44,091 nucleotides of DNA from Verrucomicrobiota bacterium (GCA_003565135.1 PXDC01000071.1:1-44091), one strand, 5' to 3'; shown: positions 26,419-36,460, numbered from the stretch's first letter. Program-made: numbers and translations. The notes: generated by a model not told the origin, from the sequence alone.

Positions 26419-26483
26419 AAAAATCACCGGTTTTCAGCATCCTACACGACACAAAACGCGCGGGGCGAACCAAAAATCACCGG
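26419..26483. repeat. Perfect 12-nt direct repeat AAAAATCACCGG (two copies)
   Basis: The copies lie at 26419-26430 and 26472-26483, in the 143-bp spacer between the nadK stop and the GYF-domain gene start. Confidence 0.6.
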
Positions 26484-26507
26484 CGGCGGGGTTATGCGGG
26501 CCCCGGT

Positions 26508-27338
26508 TCAACGACCCCCGATCCAGCCGAGCTTGGTGCGTACGACCGAAAAATGGGAGTAGTTCTTGTTCTGAATCAGCGGGAGTTTCGATCCGGCGAG
26601 GGTTATGGCCAATTCCTCCGACGGCGCCAGGGAAAAGGCGGGCCGCCCGTCGAGGGCCACCGCCAATCGGGTGGTGGCTCCGGGGTTGTTGACCCGGATC
26701 CGCGTCTTTTCATGGAAAATGACCGCGCGATTGCTCAGGGTGTGCGGACAGATGGGGGTCATGGCGATTACTTCGGCATGGGGTTCGATGATGGGCCCTC
26801 CCGCGGAAAGGTTGTAGGCGGTCGAGCCTGTCGGGGTGGAGAAGATGAGGCCGTCGCAGAGAAAATCGGTCACGAGCTCCCCGTCGGCGTGCACCCCCAG
26901 CGGTACGAGGCGGCCGCTTTTCTCCTCCTTGATCACAACATCGTTCAGGGCGATGCCCCGGCCGCCGTTGGCGACGCCCCGGCATTCCAGCATCGATCGC
27001 CGGGCGATGGTGTAGTTCCCCTCGAGAACCGCATTGAATTCCTCCACCGCCTCGTCCGCCGCAACCGTCGTGAGGAACCCGAGACTGCCCCGGTTGATCC
27101 CCAGGAGGGGAACCCCGGAGCGGGAGGATTCCTCCACCGCGCTCAGCAGGGTGCCGTCGCCGCCGATCACGCAACAGGCGTCCCGTCCCTCCAGGTATCC
27201 CCGGGGGACCGGAAAGGCATCGGAGGTCGTGACGTTCGCGCCCTTGCTCCGGGCGAGTTTCATCAGGCGGGACCCCAGGTCGGGCGCCCCCTCTTTGCTG
27301 CGGTTGATCAGGAAGGCGATATTCTTGAGCGGCGGCAT
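26508..27338 (-). CDS. nadK: NAD+ kinase
   Basis: 276 aa with GGDGTLL, NRGSLGFLT and TPTGSTAYNLSAGGPI motifs. Confidence 0.93.
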   Translation of the reverse strand: MPPLKNIAFLINRSKEGAPDLGSRLMKLARSKGANVTTSDAFPVPRGYLEGRDACCVIGGDGTLLSAVEESSRSGVPLLGINRGSLGFLTTVAADEAVEEFNAVLEGNYTIARRSMLECRGVANGGRGIALNDVVIKEEKSGRLVPLGVHADGELVTDFLCDGLIFSTPTGSTAYNLSAGGPIIEPHAEVIAMTPICPHTLSNRAVIFHEKTRIRVNNPGATTRLAVALDGRPAFSLAPSEELAITLAGSKLPLIQNKNYSHFSVVRTKLGWIGGR

Positions 27339-27490
27339 CGGGTGATATTTTCAATTACAGGCCGGCCCTCCGCTCGACAAGGACAGACTTCGGAGGTCCG
27401 GCGACCGGCTCGATGACGTTTTTTGGCGCGCGTTTCTCCGGCGGGTCGCGTTCCGGGGGACAGCCCGCTCCCGCGGGCGGGCGATACCGC

Positions 27491-27916
27491 CTATTTTTTC
27501 GACATCTGGTCGATGCTGAAACGGCCCGGGCCGATAAAGATCAGGCTCAGAAAGACGATTCCCATCTTCAGGGCGTGGGAGGTCGTGCTCCAGTCGTCCT
27601 CCCACAATATCAGGTGGGCGCCGACGGCGAAGACCATCGTCACCGTCAACAGGACGAGGGCGGGGCGGGTCAGGAAACCGACCAGCAGCAGCAGGGCGCC
27701 GACCGATTCGGCAAAAGCGGCCATGAAGCCCCAGAAAACCGGCAAAAACCCGACACCCACCAGTTCCATGGCACCGCCGAGCTGCTCCCATCGTTCCGGG
27801 CCGGCCAGAAGTTTGGGACCGCCGTGCACCAGAATGAATGTCAGCCCGATGCCGATACGGAGAATCAGGAGGCCGAAGTCGCGAAACTTGTCGAGGGAGT
27901 TAAAAGCGAAATTCAT
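27491..27916 (-). CDS. DoxX-family membrane protein
   Basis: 141 aa with four TM helices and a DoxX-like N-terminus (DFGLLILRIGIGLTFILVHGGPKL). Confidence 0.8.
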   Translation of the reverse strand: MNFAFNSLDKFRDFGLLILRIGIGLTFILVHGGPKLLAGPERWEQLGGAMELVGVGFLPVFWGFMAAFAESVGALLLLVGFLTRPALVLLTVTMVFAVGAHLILWEDDWSTTSHALKMGIVFLSLIFIGPGRFSIDQMSKK

Positions 27917-28043
27917 GGTTTTTTGGATGTTGGGTTCGTTTTTCGATCGGCTTGAAGGTTAGGCTGCTAGAGCAATTCCGGGACGAATGCAAAACCAATT
28001 TTGGCGGCGCGCGGCAGGCGACCGTCCCCCCCTCCAACCGGGT

Positions 28044-29186
28044 TCAGTCGTCCGGCTGCAGGTATTTGCTGCGGGCCAGCCGCCAGGCGGTAACGACGAA
28101 TGCCGTCAGGGGAATGGCGAGAATCATCCCGAGAATGCCGCCGAGGGCGGTCCCCCAGAAAAAGATGGCGACGATGATGGTGACCGGGTGCAGCCCGGTG
28201 CGGTCCCCCATGATCTTCGGGGTGATAAGCGCGCTTTCCAGCGTCTGCACCGCCGCGAAGATGCCGGCAACGACCAGGGCGAGTTCCCACCCCCCGCCCG
28301 GCTGGAACAGAGCGGTCGGCAGGGTTATGACCAAACCGATGATGACCCCGAGGTAGGGCACGATGTTGAGGAGGCCGAGACCGAGGCCGAGCACGACGCC
28401 GAACCTGAGCCCCGCCCCGGTGAATCCGATGGCGAGCAGGAATCCGACGATGAGGGCGATGACGACCTGGCCGCGGAAGAAGGCGACGACGATGTTGACG
28501 AATTCCCGGGCGAGAAAAACGATGTCCTCCCGGGTCTCTTTTTTCAGGAACGGCAGGAACTGGTCGAGGTTCTCGGTGGGTTCGCGGTCGGATTTGAGAA
28601 AGAAAAAGAGGTAGACCGGAACGAGGGCGAATCCCATGGCCATGGCCAGCGCCGCCAGGACCGTTTCGCCGGCCTGGACCAGGGTGGGCAGGGCGGCCTC
28701 GAGCGCTTCGCGAATCTGACCGGAAAACGTCTCCGCAAGCTCCCGTATTCGTTCGCCCTCGAGCGGGTCTTTCAGGATCTCGGACCATTCGGGGAAGGTT
28801 TCGGCCAGGCTCTCGAGGGCGCGGCTGAACAGGGCGGGCGCCGTTTCGATGAAGTCCCCGATCTGACGGAAAACAATGGGCAACAGGTAGGAAAGGAGCC
28901 CCGCCGCGGCTACGAGCAGCACGGCGTAGAGGGCGATGACCGCCACTACCGGACTGAGCCGGAGCCGGGTTTCCACCGTCCGGACGAGCGGTCGCAGCAT
29001 CAGGGCCAGAACGCCCGCCACCGCGAGCGGCAGCAGCAGGGTGGAAAAGTGCGATACGAACCGGCCCAGAAGGTAAACCACCCCCACGAGCAGACCGGCG
29101 ATGACCACCAGGCAGGCAAAGGAGAGAGTGAATCCGGCCAGTTTTCGCTGGCGGGGAGTCAGCATCGAGGTGTCGGGGTCGCTCAT
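28044..29186 (-). CDS. AI-2E family transporter (PerM/YhhT, UPF0118)
   Basis: Polytopic membrane protein with the typical C-terminal motif (NIVPYLG...ITPKIMGDRTGLHPVTIIVAIFFWGTALGGILGMILAIPLTA). Start set at MSDPDTSM (cat at 29184-29186), because the upstream 68 codons are Arg/Ser-rich and non-native looking. Confidence 0.85.
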   Translation of the reverse strand: MSDPDTSMLTPRQRKLAGFTLSFACLVVIAGLLVGVVYLLGRFVSHFSTLLLPLAVAGVLALMLRPLVRTVETRLRLSPVVAVIALYAVLLVAAAGLLSYLLPIVFRQIGDFIETAPALFSRALESLAETFPEWSEILKDPLEGERIRELAETFSGQIREALEAALPTLVQAGETVLAALAMAMGFALVPVYLFFFLKSDREPTENLDQFLPFLKKETREDIVFLAREFVNIVVAFFRGQVVIALIVGFLLAIGFTGAGLRFGVVLGLGLGLLNIVPYLGVIIGLVITLPTALFQPGGGWELALVVAGIFAAVQTLESALITPKIMGDRTGLHPVTIIVAIFFWGTALGGILGMILAIPLTAFVVTAWRLARSKYLQPDD

Positions 29187-29292
29187 GGGCAATCGGGATC
29201 GGGCACCGTTTTCCGGGGAGAGGCGGAGTCGCGGTGGGAACGCATGGATTGAAGCGGCGGTGTCGGAAGCGCGGGTGGTTGCGCGGAACCGC

Positions 29293-29574
29293 CTAGTCCT
29301 CGTCGTCCCCGATGCCGAGCTCCACCCGGATGTCCGGGCGTTCCTCCAATTCGGAAAGGAATTCGTCCACACTGAAATCCGCCACGACAAAATCCCCGTA
29401 CTCGAAGGTCGGGGTCATGGTCTGATCACTGATGTCGATCATCCGTTTCATATTGGCGGTGCTGGCGTTGACGTCGCGCACGTCGATGTCGATGCCGTGC
29501 TGGTCGAGAAACGCCTTTGCCTGCCGGCACCAGGGGCATCCCCGCTTGATGTAAAGGATCGGTTTGTTGCGCAT
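29293..29574 (-). CDS. Glutaredoxin-family protein
   Basis: 93 aa. ILYIKRGCPWCRQAKAFLDQHGI carries a CPxC motif in the glutaredoxin/NrdH fold; the C-terminal tail is acidic. Confidence 0.8.
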   Translation of the reverse strand: MRNKPILYIKRGCPWCRQAKAFLDQHGIDIDVRDVNASTANMKRMIDISDQTMTPTFEYGDFVVADFSVDEFLSELEERPDIRVELGIGDDED

Positions 29575-29722
29575 GACTGTAGGGATTTCGTAGGGGCGAG
29601 CGGGCGGGAAGGCAAGGAGAATGAGGTTTGCGCTCGGCCGAAGGGAGAAATCGAACGCCGTATTCGCGGCTTGCTGCCGGGCGGGGAATAACGGATAACG
29701 GCGAAACCGGTACCGGATAAGT

Positions 29723-32566
29723 GTGAGCGCAAAAGACGAAATTCATATCAAAGGGGCGCGGGAACACAACCTGAAGAACCTGGAGCTCCGGATCCCGCGC
29801 GGCAAACTGACCGTTTTCACGGGTGTGAGCGGTTCGGGGAAGTCGTCGCTGGCCTTTGATACCCTGTACGCGGAAGGTTACCGCAAGTACATGGAGAGTC
29901 TGTCCACGCGGGTGCGACAGTTGCTCGAGCAGATTCGCCGTCCGGAGGTGGACTTCATTCACGGGCTTTCCCCGGTGGTGGCCATCGAACAGCGCGAGGG
30001 CGCCGGCTCGCCCCGGAGTACGGTGGCCACGGTAACCGAGATCGCCGATTACGTCCGCCTCCTCTGGGCGCTTTGTGGCGAGCAGGTCTGCCCCAGGGAC
30101 GGAGGACGGGTTCGCCGCCGTTCCCTCGACGACTGTGTGGAGCGAATTCTGGACGAACCGGAGGGTACCCGGATGGTCCTCCTGGCTCCGTTCCTGCGGG
30201 CGCGGCCGTCGGTCCTGCGGGACGAGATTCCGGGCTTGCGCCAGCGCGGATTCCAGCGCGTGCGCATCGGCGGCGAGATCCGGTCGTTGGACGAGAAGGA
30301 CCCGGTGCCGGCGGGGCGCGAACCGGTCGACCTGGAGATCGTGATCGACCGCGTGGTATTGAAATCGGACCAGCGCAGCCGCCTGGCCGATTCCCTGGAA
30401 CTGGCCTTTCGCGAGGGCGAAGACCGGGCCATCGCGCTCGTCCAGGAGGGGCCGGAAGCGCCCTGGCGGGAGTTGACCCTGAGTCGTTACCTCGCCTGTG
30501 AACTTTGCGGCGAGCCGTGCGACGAGCTCACCGCACGGCATTTCTCCTTCAACCACACCGAGGGATTGTGCCCCGAATGCGGGGGGCTGGGACGAAAGAT
30601 GCGCTTTTCGGAGGAACAGGTCGTGCCCGACACCGCCAAATCCGTGCGGGAAGGCGCGGTCAAACCCTGGCGCCTGGGAGGGAAGAGCCTGGTCATCCGC
30701 AACAACTCCATACTCAAACAGCTGGCCGAACAGTTTCCCTTCGACCCGACGGTGCCGTGGCGTGAGCTCCCGGCGGATACGCGCAATGCGATCCTTTACG
30801 GAACCGGCGAGCGGACGTTTCTTTTCAAACTGCCGCGGAGCCGGAAAAAAAAGCCGGTGCCCGTACCCTTTGAGGGTGTTATTCCGCTCCTGGAGAAGAG
30901 TCGCCGCGAAACCCGAAGCGACGGATTCCGCGCCCGGCTGGGGACGTTTATGGTCAGCGGTGAATGTCCCGGCTGCGGCGGCGGACGCCTGAATCCCTCC
31001 GCGGCCGCTGTGCGCGTGGGCGGGGTGACCCTGCCGGAATTCTACGCCATGAGCCTGGAGGCGGCCGACGCGTGGTCGCGCAAACTGCGCGGGTTACAGG
31101 AGGACAACCGGGCGCTCGGCGAGATCGTGGACGGTCTCGAACAGCGGCTCCGTTTCCTGCGCAAGGTCGGCCTGACCTACCTCAGTCTCGATCGCGAGTA
31201 CGGCACGCTCAGCGGAGGGGAGGCGCAGCGCGTGCGTCTGGCCACGCAACTGGGCATGGGCCTTGTCGGGGTGCTTTACATCCTCGACGAGCCCAGCATC
31301 GGCCTTCACCCGGTCGACAACGAACGGCTTCTCGATTCGCTCTGCGAGTTGCGCGACAGCGGCAATACGGTGCTTGTGGTGGAACACGATGAGGAAACCA
31401 TCCGGCGGGCCGATCACCTCGTGGAGATCGGTCCGGGGGCCGGAATCGAAGGGGGAAGCATCCTGTACGAAGGGCCTCCCGGCGGGTGCGCCAACGATCC
31501 GGAATCCCGGGCCGGCCCCTACCTTTCCGGGCAATGGCAGGTGACCCGGGAGTCCGAACCGCGTTCGCCCGACGGGCGCTGGCTGATTGTTCGCCGGGCG
31601 CAGGAAAACAACCTGCGGGAGGTCGACGCGGCGTTTCCCGTCGGATTGCTGACCTGTGTGACCGGGGTCTCGGGGTCCGGAAAAAGCAGCCTGGTCAACG
31701 ATATTCTGGCCCGGGCGGCGGCGCTGCGGCTCAACCGGGCCAAGGTCGTTCCGGGGCGACACGGCGGGGTCGAGGGATGGGAGTATTTCCAGAAAGCGGT
31801 CGAGGTCGACGCCACCCCGATCGGGCGAACTCCCCGTTCCAACCCGGCCACGTACGTGAAGCTTTTCGATCTGCTGCGCTCGGTATTCGCCAAATGTCCC
31901 TTGTCACGGGTGCGTGGATACGGTCCCGGACGTTTCAGTTTCAACCTTCGCGGAGGACGCTGCGAGCGGTGCCAGGGCGACGGCGTGATCAAGCTGAATA
32001 TGGAGTTCCTGGCCGACGCCTACACCGAGTGTCCGGCCTGTCACGGCCGCCGCTACAACCGCGAAACGCTGGAGGTCCGCTACAAGGGGAAGTCGATCGC
32101 CGACGTTCTCGGCATGACCGTTCGGGAAGCGATGGACCTCTTTTCCCGTCATCCCCGGGTCATGGAGAAGCTCGACACCCTCGATGCCGTCGGGCTGGGA
32201 TACCTCCGGCTCGGACAGGCGGCGCCGACTCTTTCCGGCGGCGAGGCCCAGCGCATAAAACTCTCGCTTGAGCTCAGTCGCCGCGAACAGGGGCAGACGC
32301 TCTACATCCTGGACGAACCCACCACCGGGTTGCACTGGGCCGATATCCAGCGGTTGATGGATCTGCTCTTCCGGCTCCGGGACGCGGGAAACACCATCGT
32401 TATCATCGAGCACAATCTCGATGTCATCCGGCTCGCCGACTGGCTGGTCGATCTCGGTCCGGGCGGCGGCGTGCACGGGGGGACGATCCTTTACTCGGGA
32501 CCGGTGGACGGGATCGGTTCGGTTGCGGATTCGAGCACCGGCCGGGTGCTGGCCGGACGGCAATAA
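29723..32566 (+). CDS. uvrA: Excinuclease ABC subunit A
   Basis: 947 aa with a GTG start. [12 protein letters not shown], two ABC modules ([34 protein letters not shown]), zinc-finger CxxC pairs, and LSGGEAQR twice. Confidence 0.97.
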   Translation: MSAKDEIHIKGAREHNLKNLELRIPRGKLTVFTGVSGSGKSSLAFDTLYAEGYRKYMESLSTRVRQLLEQIRRPEVDFIHGLSPVVAIEQREGAGSPRSTVATVTEIADYVRLLWALCGEQVCPRDGGRVRRRSLDDCVERILDEPEGTRMVLLAPFLRARPSVLRDEIPGLRQRGFQRVRIGGEIRSLDEKDPVPAGREPVDLEIVIDRVVLKSDQRSRLADSLELAFREGEDRAIALVQEGPEAPWRELTLSRYLACELCGEPCDELTARHFSFNHTEGLCPECGGLGRKMRFSEEQVVPDTAKSVREGAVKPWRLGGKSLVIRNNSILKQLAEQFPFDPTVPWRELPADTRNAILYGTGERTFLFKLPRSRKKKPVPVPFEGVIPLLEKSRRETRSDGFRARLGTFMVSGECPGCGGGRLNPSAAAVRVGGVTLPEFYAMSLEAADAWSRKLRGLQEDNRALGEIVDGLEQRLRFLRKVGLTYLSLDREYGTLSGGEAQRVRLATQLGMGLVGVLYILDEPSIGLHPVDNERLLDSLCELRDSGNTVLVVEHDEETIRRADHLVEIGPGAGIEGGSILYEGPPGGCANDPESRAGPYLSGQWQVTRESEPRSPDGRWLIVRRAQENNLREVDAAFPVGLLTCVTGVSGSGKSSLVNDILARAAALRLNRAKVVPGRHGGVEGWEYFQKAVEVDATPIGRTPRSNPATYVKLFDLLRSVFAKCPLSRVRGYGPGRFSFNLRGGRCERCQGDGVIKLNMEFLADAYTECPACHGRRYNRETLEVRYKGKSIADVLGMTVREAMDLFSRHPRVMEKLDTLDAVGLGYLRLGQAAPTLSGGEAQRIKLSLELSRREQGQTLYILDEPTTGLHWADIQRLMDLLFRLRDAGNTIVIIEHNLDVIRLADWLVDLGPGGGVHGGTILYSGPVDGIGSVADSSTGRVLAGRQ

Positions 32567-32573
32567 ACGGCCC

Positions 32574-33236
32574 TTACCGCCGCCGGCGTCGCCGTACGGC
32601 AATGGCGAGAACGAATCCGACGAGAAACCCTCCTATGTGAGCCCACCAGGCAATGCCCCCGGTGATTTCCGTGTGCATCAACTGGGACATCCCCATGGTG
32701 AATTGCAGGGCGAACCAGAGCAGGAGAAACACGAATGCCGGGATGGGGATCAGCGGGATGATCCACGGCACCAGGGTGACCACCATGGCGAAGGGAAAGT
32801 ACAGGAGGTAGGCGCCGAGAATTCCCGCTACCGCGCCGCTGGCGCCGATCATGGGGATCTCCGACGAGGGGCCGACGGCGAACTGGGCGGCGGCGGCCCC
32901 GACCCCGCTGACCAGGTAAATCAGGAGGGTTCGGAAGGATCCGATCCGGTTTTCCAGCGGGGGTCCGAAGATGAAGAGAAACCAAAGGTTGGCGGCGAGG
33001 TGGAGGAGGCCGCCGTGCAGGAACATCGAGGTGAAGACGGTGACCAGGGTGTCGGTCATCGGCTGCTGCTGCGCGGCGGCGGGAATAAAGGCGTATTCGT
33101 AAAAGAATTCCTCCAGAGTCCCCTGCTGGGCCAGCAGCATCTGAAACGCAAACAGGACCATGTTTCCCACGATCACCGTCAGGGTGACCGGGGCCACTAC
33201 GTTCCGCGGATTGCTGTCGAATAGCGGGAGGATCAC
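32574..33236 (-). CDS. Rhomboid-family intramembrane serine protease
   Basis: 220 aa with the HGGLLHLxxNLWFL motif, catalytic GASGAVAG and AHIGGFLVG. It converges on uvrA with only 7 bp between the stop codons. Confidence 0.9.
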   Translation of the reverse strand: MILPLFDSNPRNVVAPVTLTVIVGNMVLFAFQMLLAQQGTLEEFFYEYAFIPAAAQQQPMTDTLVTVFTSMFLHGGLLHLAANLWFLFIFGPPLENRIGSFRTLLIYLVSGVGAAAAQFAVGPSSEIPMIGASGAVAGILGAYLLYFPFAMVVTLVPWIIPLIPIPAFVFLLLWFALQFTMGMSQLMHTEITGGIAWWAHIGGFLVGFVLAIAVRRRRRR

Positions 33237-33392
33237 GTTTGGAGCCGTTGTGCGGAAGGAGGGCGTTTCGGTGTCCCGGGAGGCGACCCGCCCCCCGCGG
33301 CCGAGGGGCCTCGCCGGGACCCGGAATCGGTGTCGGTCATCGTTGTGTCGGTCGCGCCCTTTCCGCCCGCCGGACTCCGTTCGCGCCGCCGC

Positions 33393-34607
33393 TCAGCGGC
33401 CGGCGTGATCGGCGTAGGCGGCATACATCGCCTCCAGCTCCTCGCGGGTGACCGCGTGCGATTCGGTTACCCAGAAGCGGTAGTTGAGGGTCTGCGGCCG
33501 CTCTTCGTCTATTTCGTGAGGGATGAATTCCCCGAACCGGCCGTAAAGACGCTCGGACATCTGGGCCCCGGCGGGGTTGTCCGGGTGACTGAAGTAGCCC
33601 ACCGTGTAGTCGGAGCCTTCAATGCGGAATTGGAAGGCGTTCCACGGGAGGTCGACGTAGTTTTCCGTATCCTGGTGTTCTTCGTCCGCGGGGTGGCCGG
33701 CCCAGGGTTCGGGACGCAGGAAACGGGAGGTTTCCGGGTTGTCGGCGACGTATTGCGCGGCGCGGAATTGCAGGCCCGCGTGGTGGAGGTCGCCGCCCAG
33801 CTCGATGTGGCCGGCCACCGATTCCAGCGTCGACCGCACGTCGATCAGGGTGCCCCCGCCGGGCAGGCGGAAAGCCCGTACGCGACGGGTTTCCTCGGCA
33901 AAGGGTTCGCCGGCGCGGTCGTTCCAGGAGATTTTGACCGAGTGTTCGCCGAACACCGGCCCGGTGCGGGTTTGTTCGACCTCCCGGTGCTCGCTGTGTT
34001 CGCCGTTGCGCGCGTGCCAGATGTCGTAGGATTCACCGTCGACGATGATCCGGTTGTAACCGAGGTAAATGCCCCGGTGATGGGAATAACGTCCGCCCGG
34101 TCCTTTTGTGATCAGGCGGCTTCCGTCCGGAGCGTAGACGTGGTGAAACGGTTTCATCGTATTCTCGACGTCCTCCGGGTCGAATTCGGGATGCACGTAC
34201 CGAAGGACCGGCGTGCCGTTGAGGCGAAGGGCGGTCGAGTCGCCGTCGGGTTCCTCCCATCCGAAGACCGGAACGGCGGGGGACTCGCCGACCGTTACCT
34301 CGAAGGTTCGGGACTCGCCGGCCGGGATGTCCGCCACAAACCAGAGGTAGGCCGATCCGTCACCGGCGAGTTCCACCTGGCCGGGGCGGACCTGGTTGCC
34401 GTACCGGACGGCGACGGTGGTGTCTTCACTGATTTCCGGACCCTCCCATGGTACGGCCACCGGGGTGGCAACGAGGCCGTGTTCTCCGGCGGACACCGTG
34501 ACCGCGGTGTTTCCGTCGGCGTGCATTCGGGCGGCGCAGCCGGCGGCGAAGGCCGTGATCAGAAGGGCGGTGACGGATATGAGGAGCTTTTGGTATGCGT
34601 GTTTCAT
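33393..34607 (-). CDS. DUF6807 / PmoA-family lipoprotein (function unknown)
   Basis: 404 aa. It has a signal peptide with lipobox (LITAFAAGCAA), an N-terminal beta-rich domain, and the family-typical SHHRGIYLGYN and HHAGLQFRAAQ motifs. Confidence 0.65.
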   Translation of the reverse strand: MKHAYQKLLISVTALLITAFAAGCAARMHADGNTAVTVSAGEHGLVATPVAVPWEGPEISEDTTVAVRYGNQVRPGQVELAGDGSAYLWFVADIPAGESRTFEVTVGESPAVPVFGWEEPDGDSTALRLNGTPVLRYVHPEFDPEDVENTMKPFHHVYAPDGSRLITKGPGGRYSHHRGIYLGYNRIIVDGESYDIWHARNGEHSEHREVEQTRTGPVFGEHSVKISWNDRAGEPFAEETRRVRAFRLPGGGTLIDVRSTLESVAGHIELGGDLHHAGLQFRAAQYVADNPETSRFLRPEPWAGHPADEEHQDTENYVDLPWNAFQFRIEGSDYTVGYFSHPDNPAGAQMSERLYGRFGEFIPHEIDEERPQTLNYRFWVTESHAVTREELEAMYAAYADHAGR

Positions 34608-34912
34608 AATGGGTTTTATAAGTGTTTGGGCCGATCCCGTCCACGGAAGGGATACGGAGGGCTTTGCCGGATGTTTTTCCCCGGTTGTTTTGATTTGAGG
34701 GCCAAACTACCCAACCCGGTTGTCATTAGGCAAGCGCGGAACCGCGGGTGACCGACCCGCCCGCTTCGGTGCGGTCGTTTCCCCGCGGAAGCATTGCCCG
34801 TTGCGATCCCGCGGGCGGGACCATAGCCGGATGGAATGAGCGATTGACAGACCCGGGGCGACGGTGTGGCCTAGGTTTTCGCCCCAGGCGATACCACCGA
34901 ACCCGGGCCCAT

Positions 34913-36376
34913 ATGAGCATCGTCGTCAAGGAATCCGAACTTTTCCTCCGAAATGTCCGCACGCGGATGCCTTTCAAGTACGGGATCGCCGTCCTGACCG
35001 GCGTGCCCCACCTGGTGATGCGGATGACGTTGGAGATCGACGGACGCATTCAGACCGGCCTGGCCGCGGACAATCTTCCGCCGAAATGGTTTACAAAAAA
35101 CCCCGAGCAGTCCTTTCGCGAGGAATTGGCCGACATGTTCGCGGTCATCGAATCGGCCTGCGGCTTTGCCGCCGAATCGGGGAATTGCGAAAGTGTTTTC
35201 GCCCTCTGGGCGTCGGTCTATTCCCGTCAGAAATCCTGGGCCGAATCGAAACCGTACCCGCCGCTCCTGTGGGGGTTCGGGGTTTCGCTGGTCGAGCGGG
35301 CGGTGATCGACGCCTGCTGCCGGGCCGGCGGGCACGCCTTCGCTCGGGCGGTGCGGGACAACGTTTTCGGGTTGGACCTCGGCGAGGTCTACGGGGAACT
35401 GAGGGGAAAAAGCCCCGCGGAAACCCTTCCGTCCGAACCGCTGCGCCGCATTTTCGTCCGCCACACGGTGGGCCTGGCGGACCCGCTCACCGACGCGGAG
35501 ATTCCCGGGGAGGAGCGGGCCGGGGACGGGCTGCCCCAGTCGCTCGCGGCCTGTATCGAGACCTACCGGCTGCGCTACTTTAAAATCAAACTTTGCGGTG
35601 ATGCGGAGCGCGACCGGGAACGCCTCAAGCGGATCGCCGGTCTGGTCGAAGGGGCGGGGATCTCCGATTACCGGTTCACCCTCGACGGCAACGAGCAATA
35701 CACCGAGATCGCCCCGTTCCGGTCCCTCTGGGAAGCCCTGGTGCGGGATCGGTCGATCGGGGATTTTCTTTCCCGGTTGATCGTCGTGGAGCAGCCCCTG
35801 AGGCGGGACACGGCACTGGGTGCCCGCACCGCCGCCGACCTGGCGGGATGGAAAGAGCGGCCTCCCATGATCATCGACGAGTCCGACGCGACCTTCGAAT
35901 CCCTGCCCGATGCCCTCGAGGCCGGTTATTGCGGCACCTCGCACAAAAACTGCAAGGGGATCATAAAGGGCCTGGCCGCCGCCGCTCTCCTCGCTCACCG
36001 CCGGCATGCCGATCCCGGGCGGCCCTACGTCCAGACGGCCGAGGACCTGACCAACATCGGTCCGGTCGCGCTGGCGCAGGATCTCGCCGTGATCGGTACC
36101 CTGGGCATCGATCACGCCGAACGCAACGGGCATCACTATTTTCATGGGCTGGCCGGTTTCGCCGAGCCCATTCGCCGTGCGGTGCTCGCGGCCCACGGCG
36201 ACCTTTACCATGGACACGCGGGTACCGTGACCCTCCGTATCGAAGAGGGGGCCATCGACATCGGCAGTACCGTCGATGCGCCTTTCGGCACCGGTATCGA
36301 GGTCGATGTTTCCGGCTTTGTGCCCCGTGCACAGTGGCGGTTTGAGTCTTTGGAATCCGGGGCGGACTCCCGCTGA
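34913..36376 (+). CDS. Enolase-superfamily (mandelate racemase / muconate lactonizing enzyme-like) protein, atypically long
   Basis: Start taken at MSIVVKESELF (34913). The ordered barrel motifs are YFKIKLCGD (KxK), FTLDGNEQY (Asp), VVEQPL (Glu), IIDESD (Asp/Glu) and SHKNCKG (Lys). An N-terminal capping domain precedes them (RTRMPFKYGIA). The assignment is motif-based only. Confidence 0.55.
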   Translation: MSIVVKESELFLRNVRTRMPFKYGIAVLTGVPHLVMRMTLEIDGRIQTGLAADNLPPKWFTKNPEQSFREELADMFAVIESACGFAAESGNCESVFALWASVYSRQKSWAESKPYPPLLWGFGVSLVERAVIDACCRAGGHAFARAVRDNVFGLDLGEVYGELRGKSPAETLPSEPLRRIFVRHTVGLADPLTDAEIPGEERAGDGLPQSLAACIETYRLRYFKIKLCGDAERDRERLKRIAGLVEGAGISDYRFTLDGNEQYTEIAPFRSLWEALVRDRSIGDFLSRLIVVEQPLRRDTALGARTAADLAGWKERPPMIIDESDATFESLPDALEAGYCGTSHKNCKGIIKGLAAAALLAHRRHADPGRPYVQTAEDLTNIGPVALAQDLAVIGTLGIDHAERNGHHYFHGLAGFAEPIRRAVLAAHGDLYHGHAGTVTLRIEEGAIDIGSTVDAPFGTGIEVDVSGFVPRAQWRFESLESGADSR

Positions 36377-36419
36377 TCGCGGGGCGCTCCGGTGCCGGCG
36401 GTCCGAGACCGTATGCGAA

Positions 36420-36460
36420 AAACGGATCGTCCCCGGAGAATGTCCGGGAGCAATCCGTTT
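36420..36460 (+). terminator. Nested hairpin downstream of the enolase-superfamily gene (weak terminator candidate)
   Basis: The outer stem is AAACGGAT/ATCCGTTT (8 bp), enclosing CCCGGA-gaatg-TCCGGG (6 bp). The 3' arm ends in TTT but no long U-tract follows. It lies in the convergent spacer with ppdK. Confidence 0.3.

Noticed and set aside
34748-34912. Long N-terminal extensions given by the ORF track for several genes: 34748 for the enolase-superfamily gene, 29390 for the AI-2E transporter, 40532 for the RRM protein, 42417 for leuD, 7156 for the TP-family gene, 1900 for the TPR protein
   Set aside because: The extra residues are Arg/Gly/Pro-rich and non-native looking, overlap upstream genes or intergenic structure, and precede internal ATGs at which the family-conserved N-termini begin (with AAGGAG before the RRM start). 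Internal starts were used instead.
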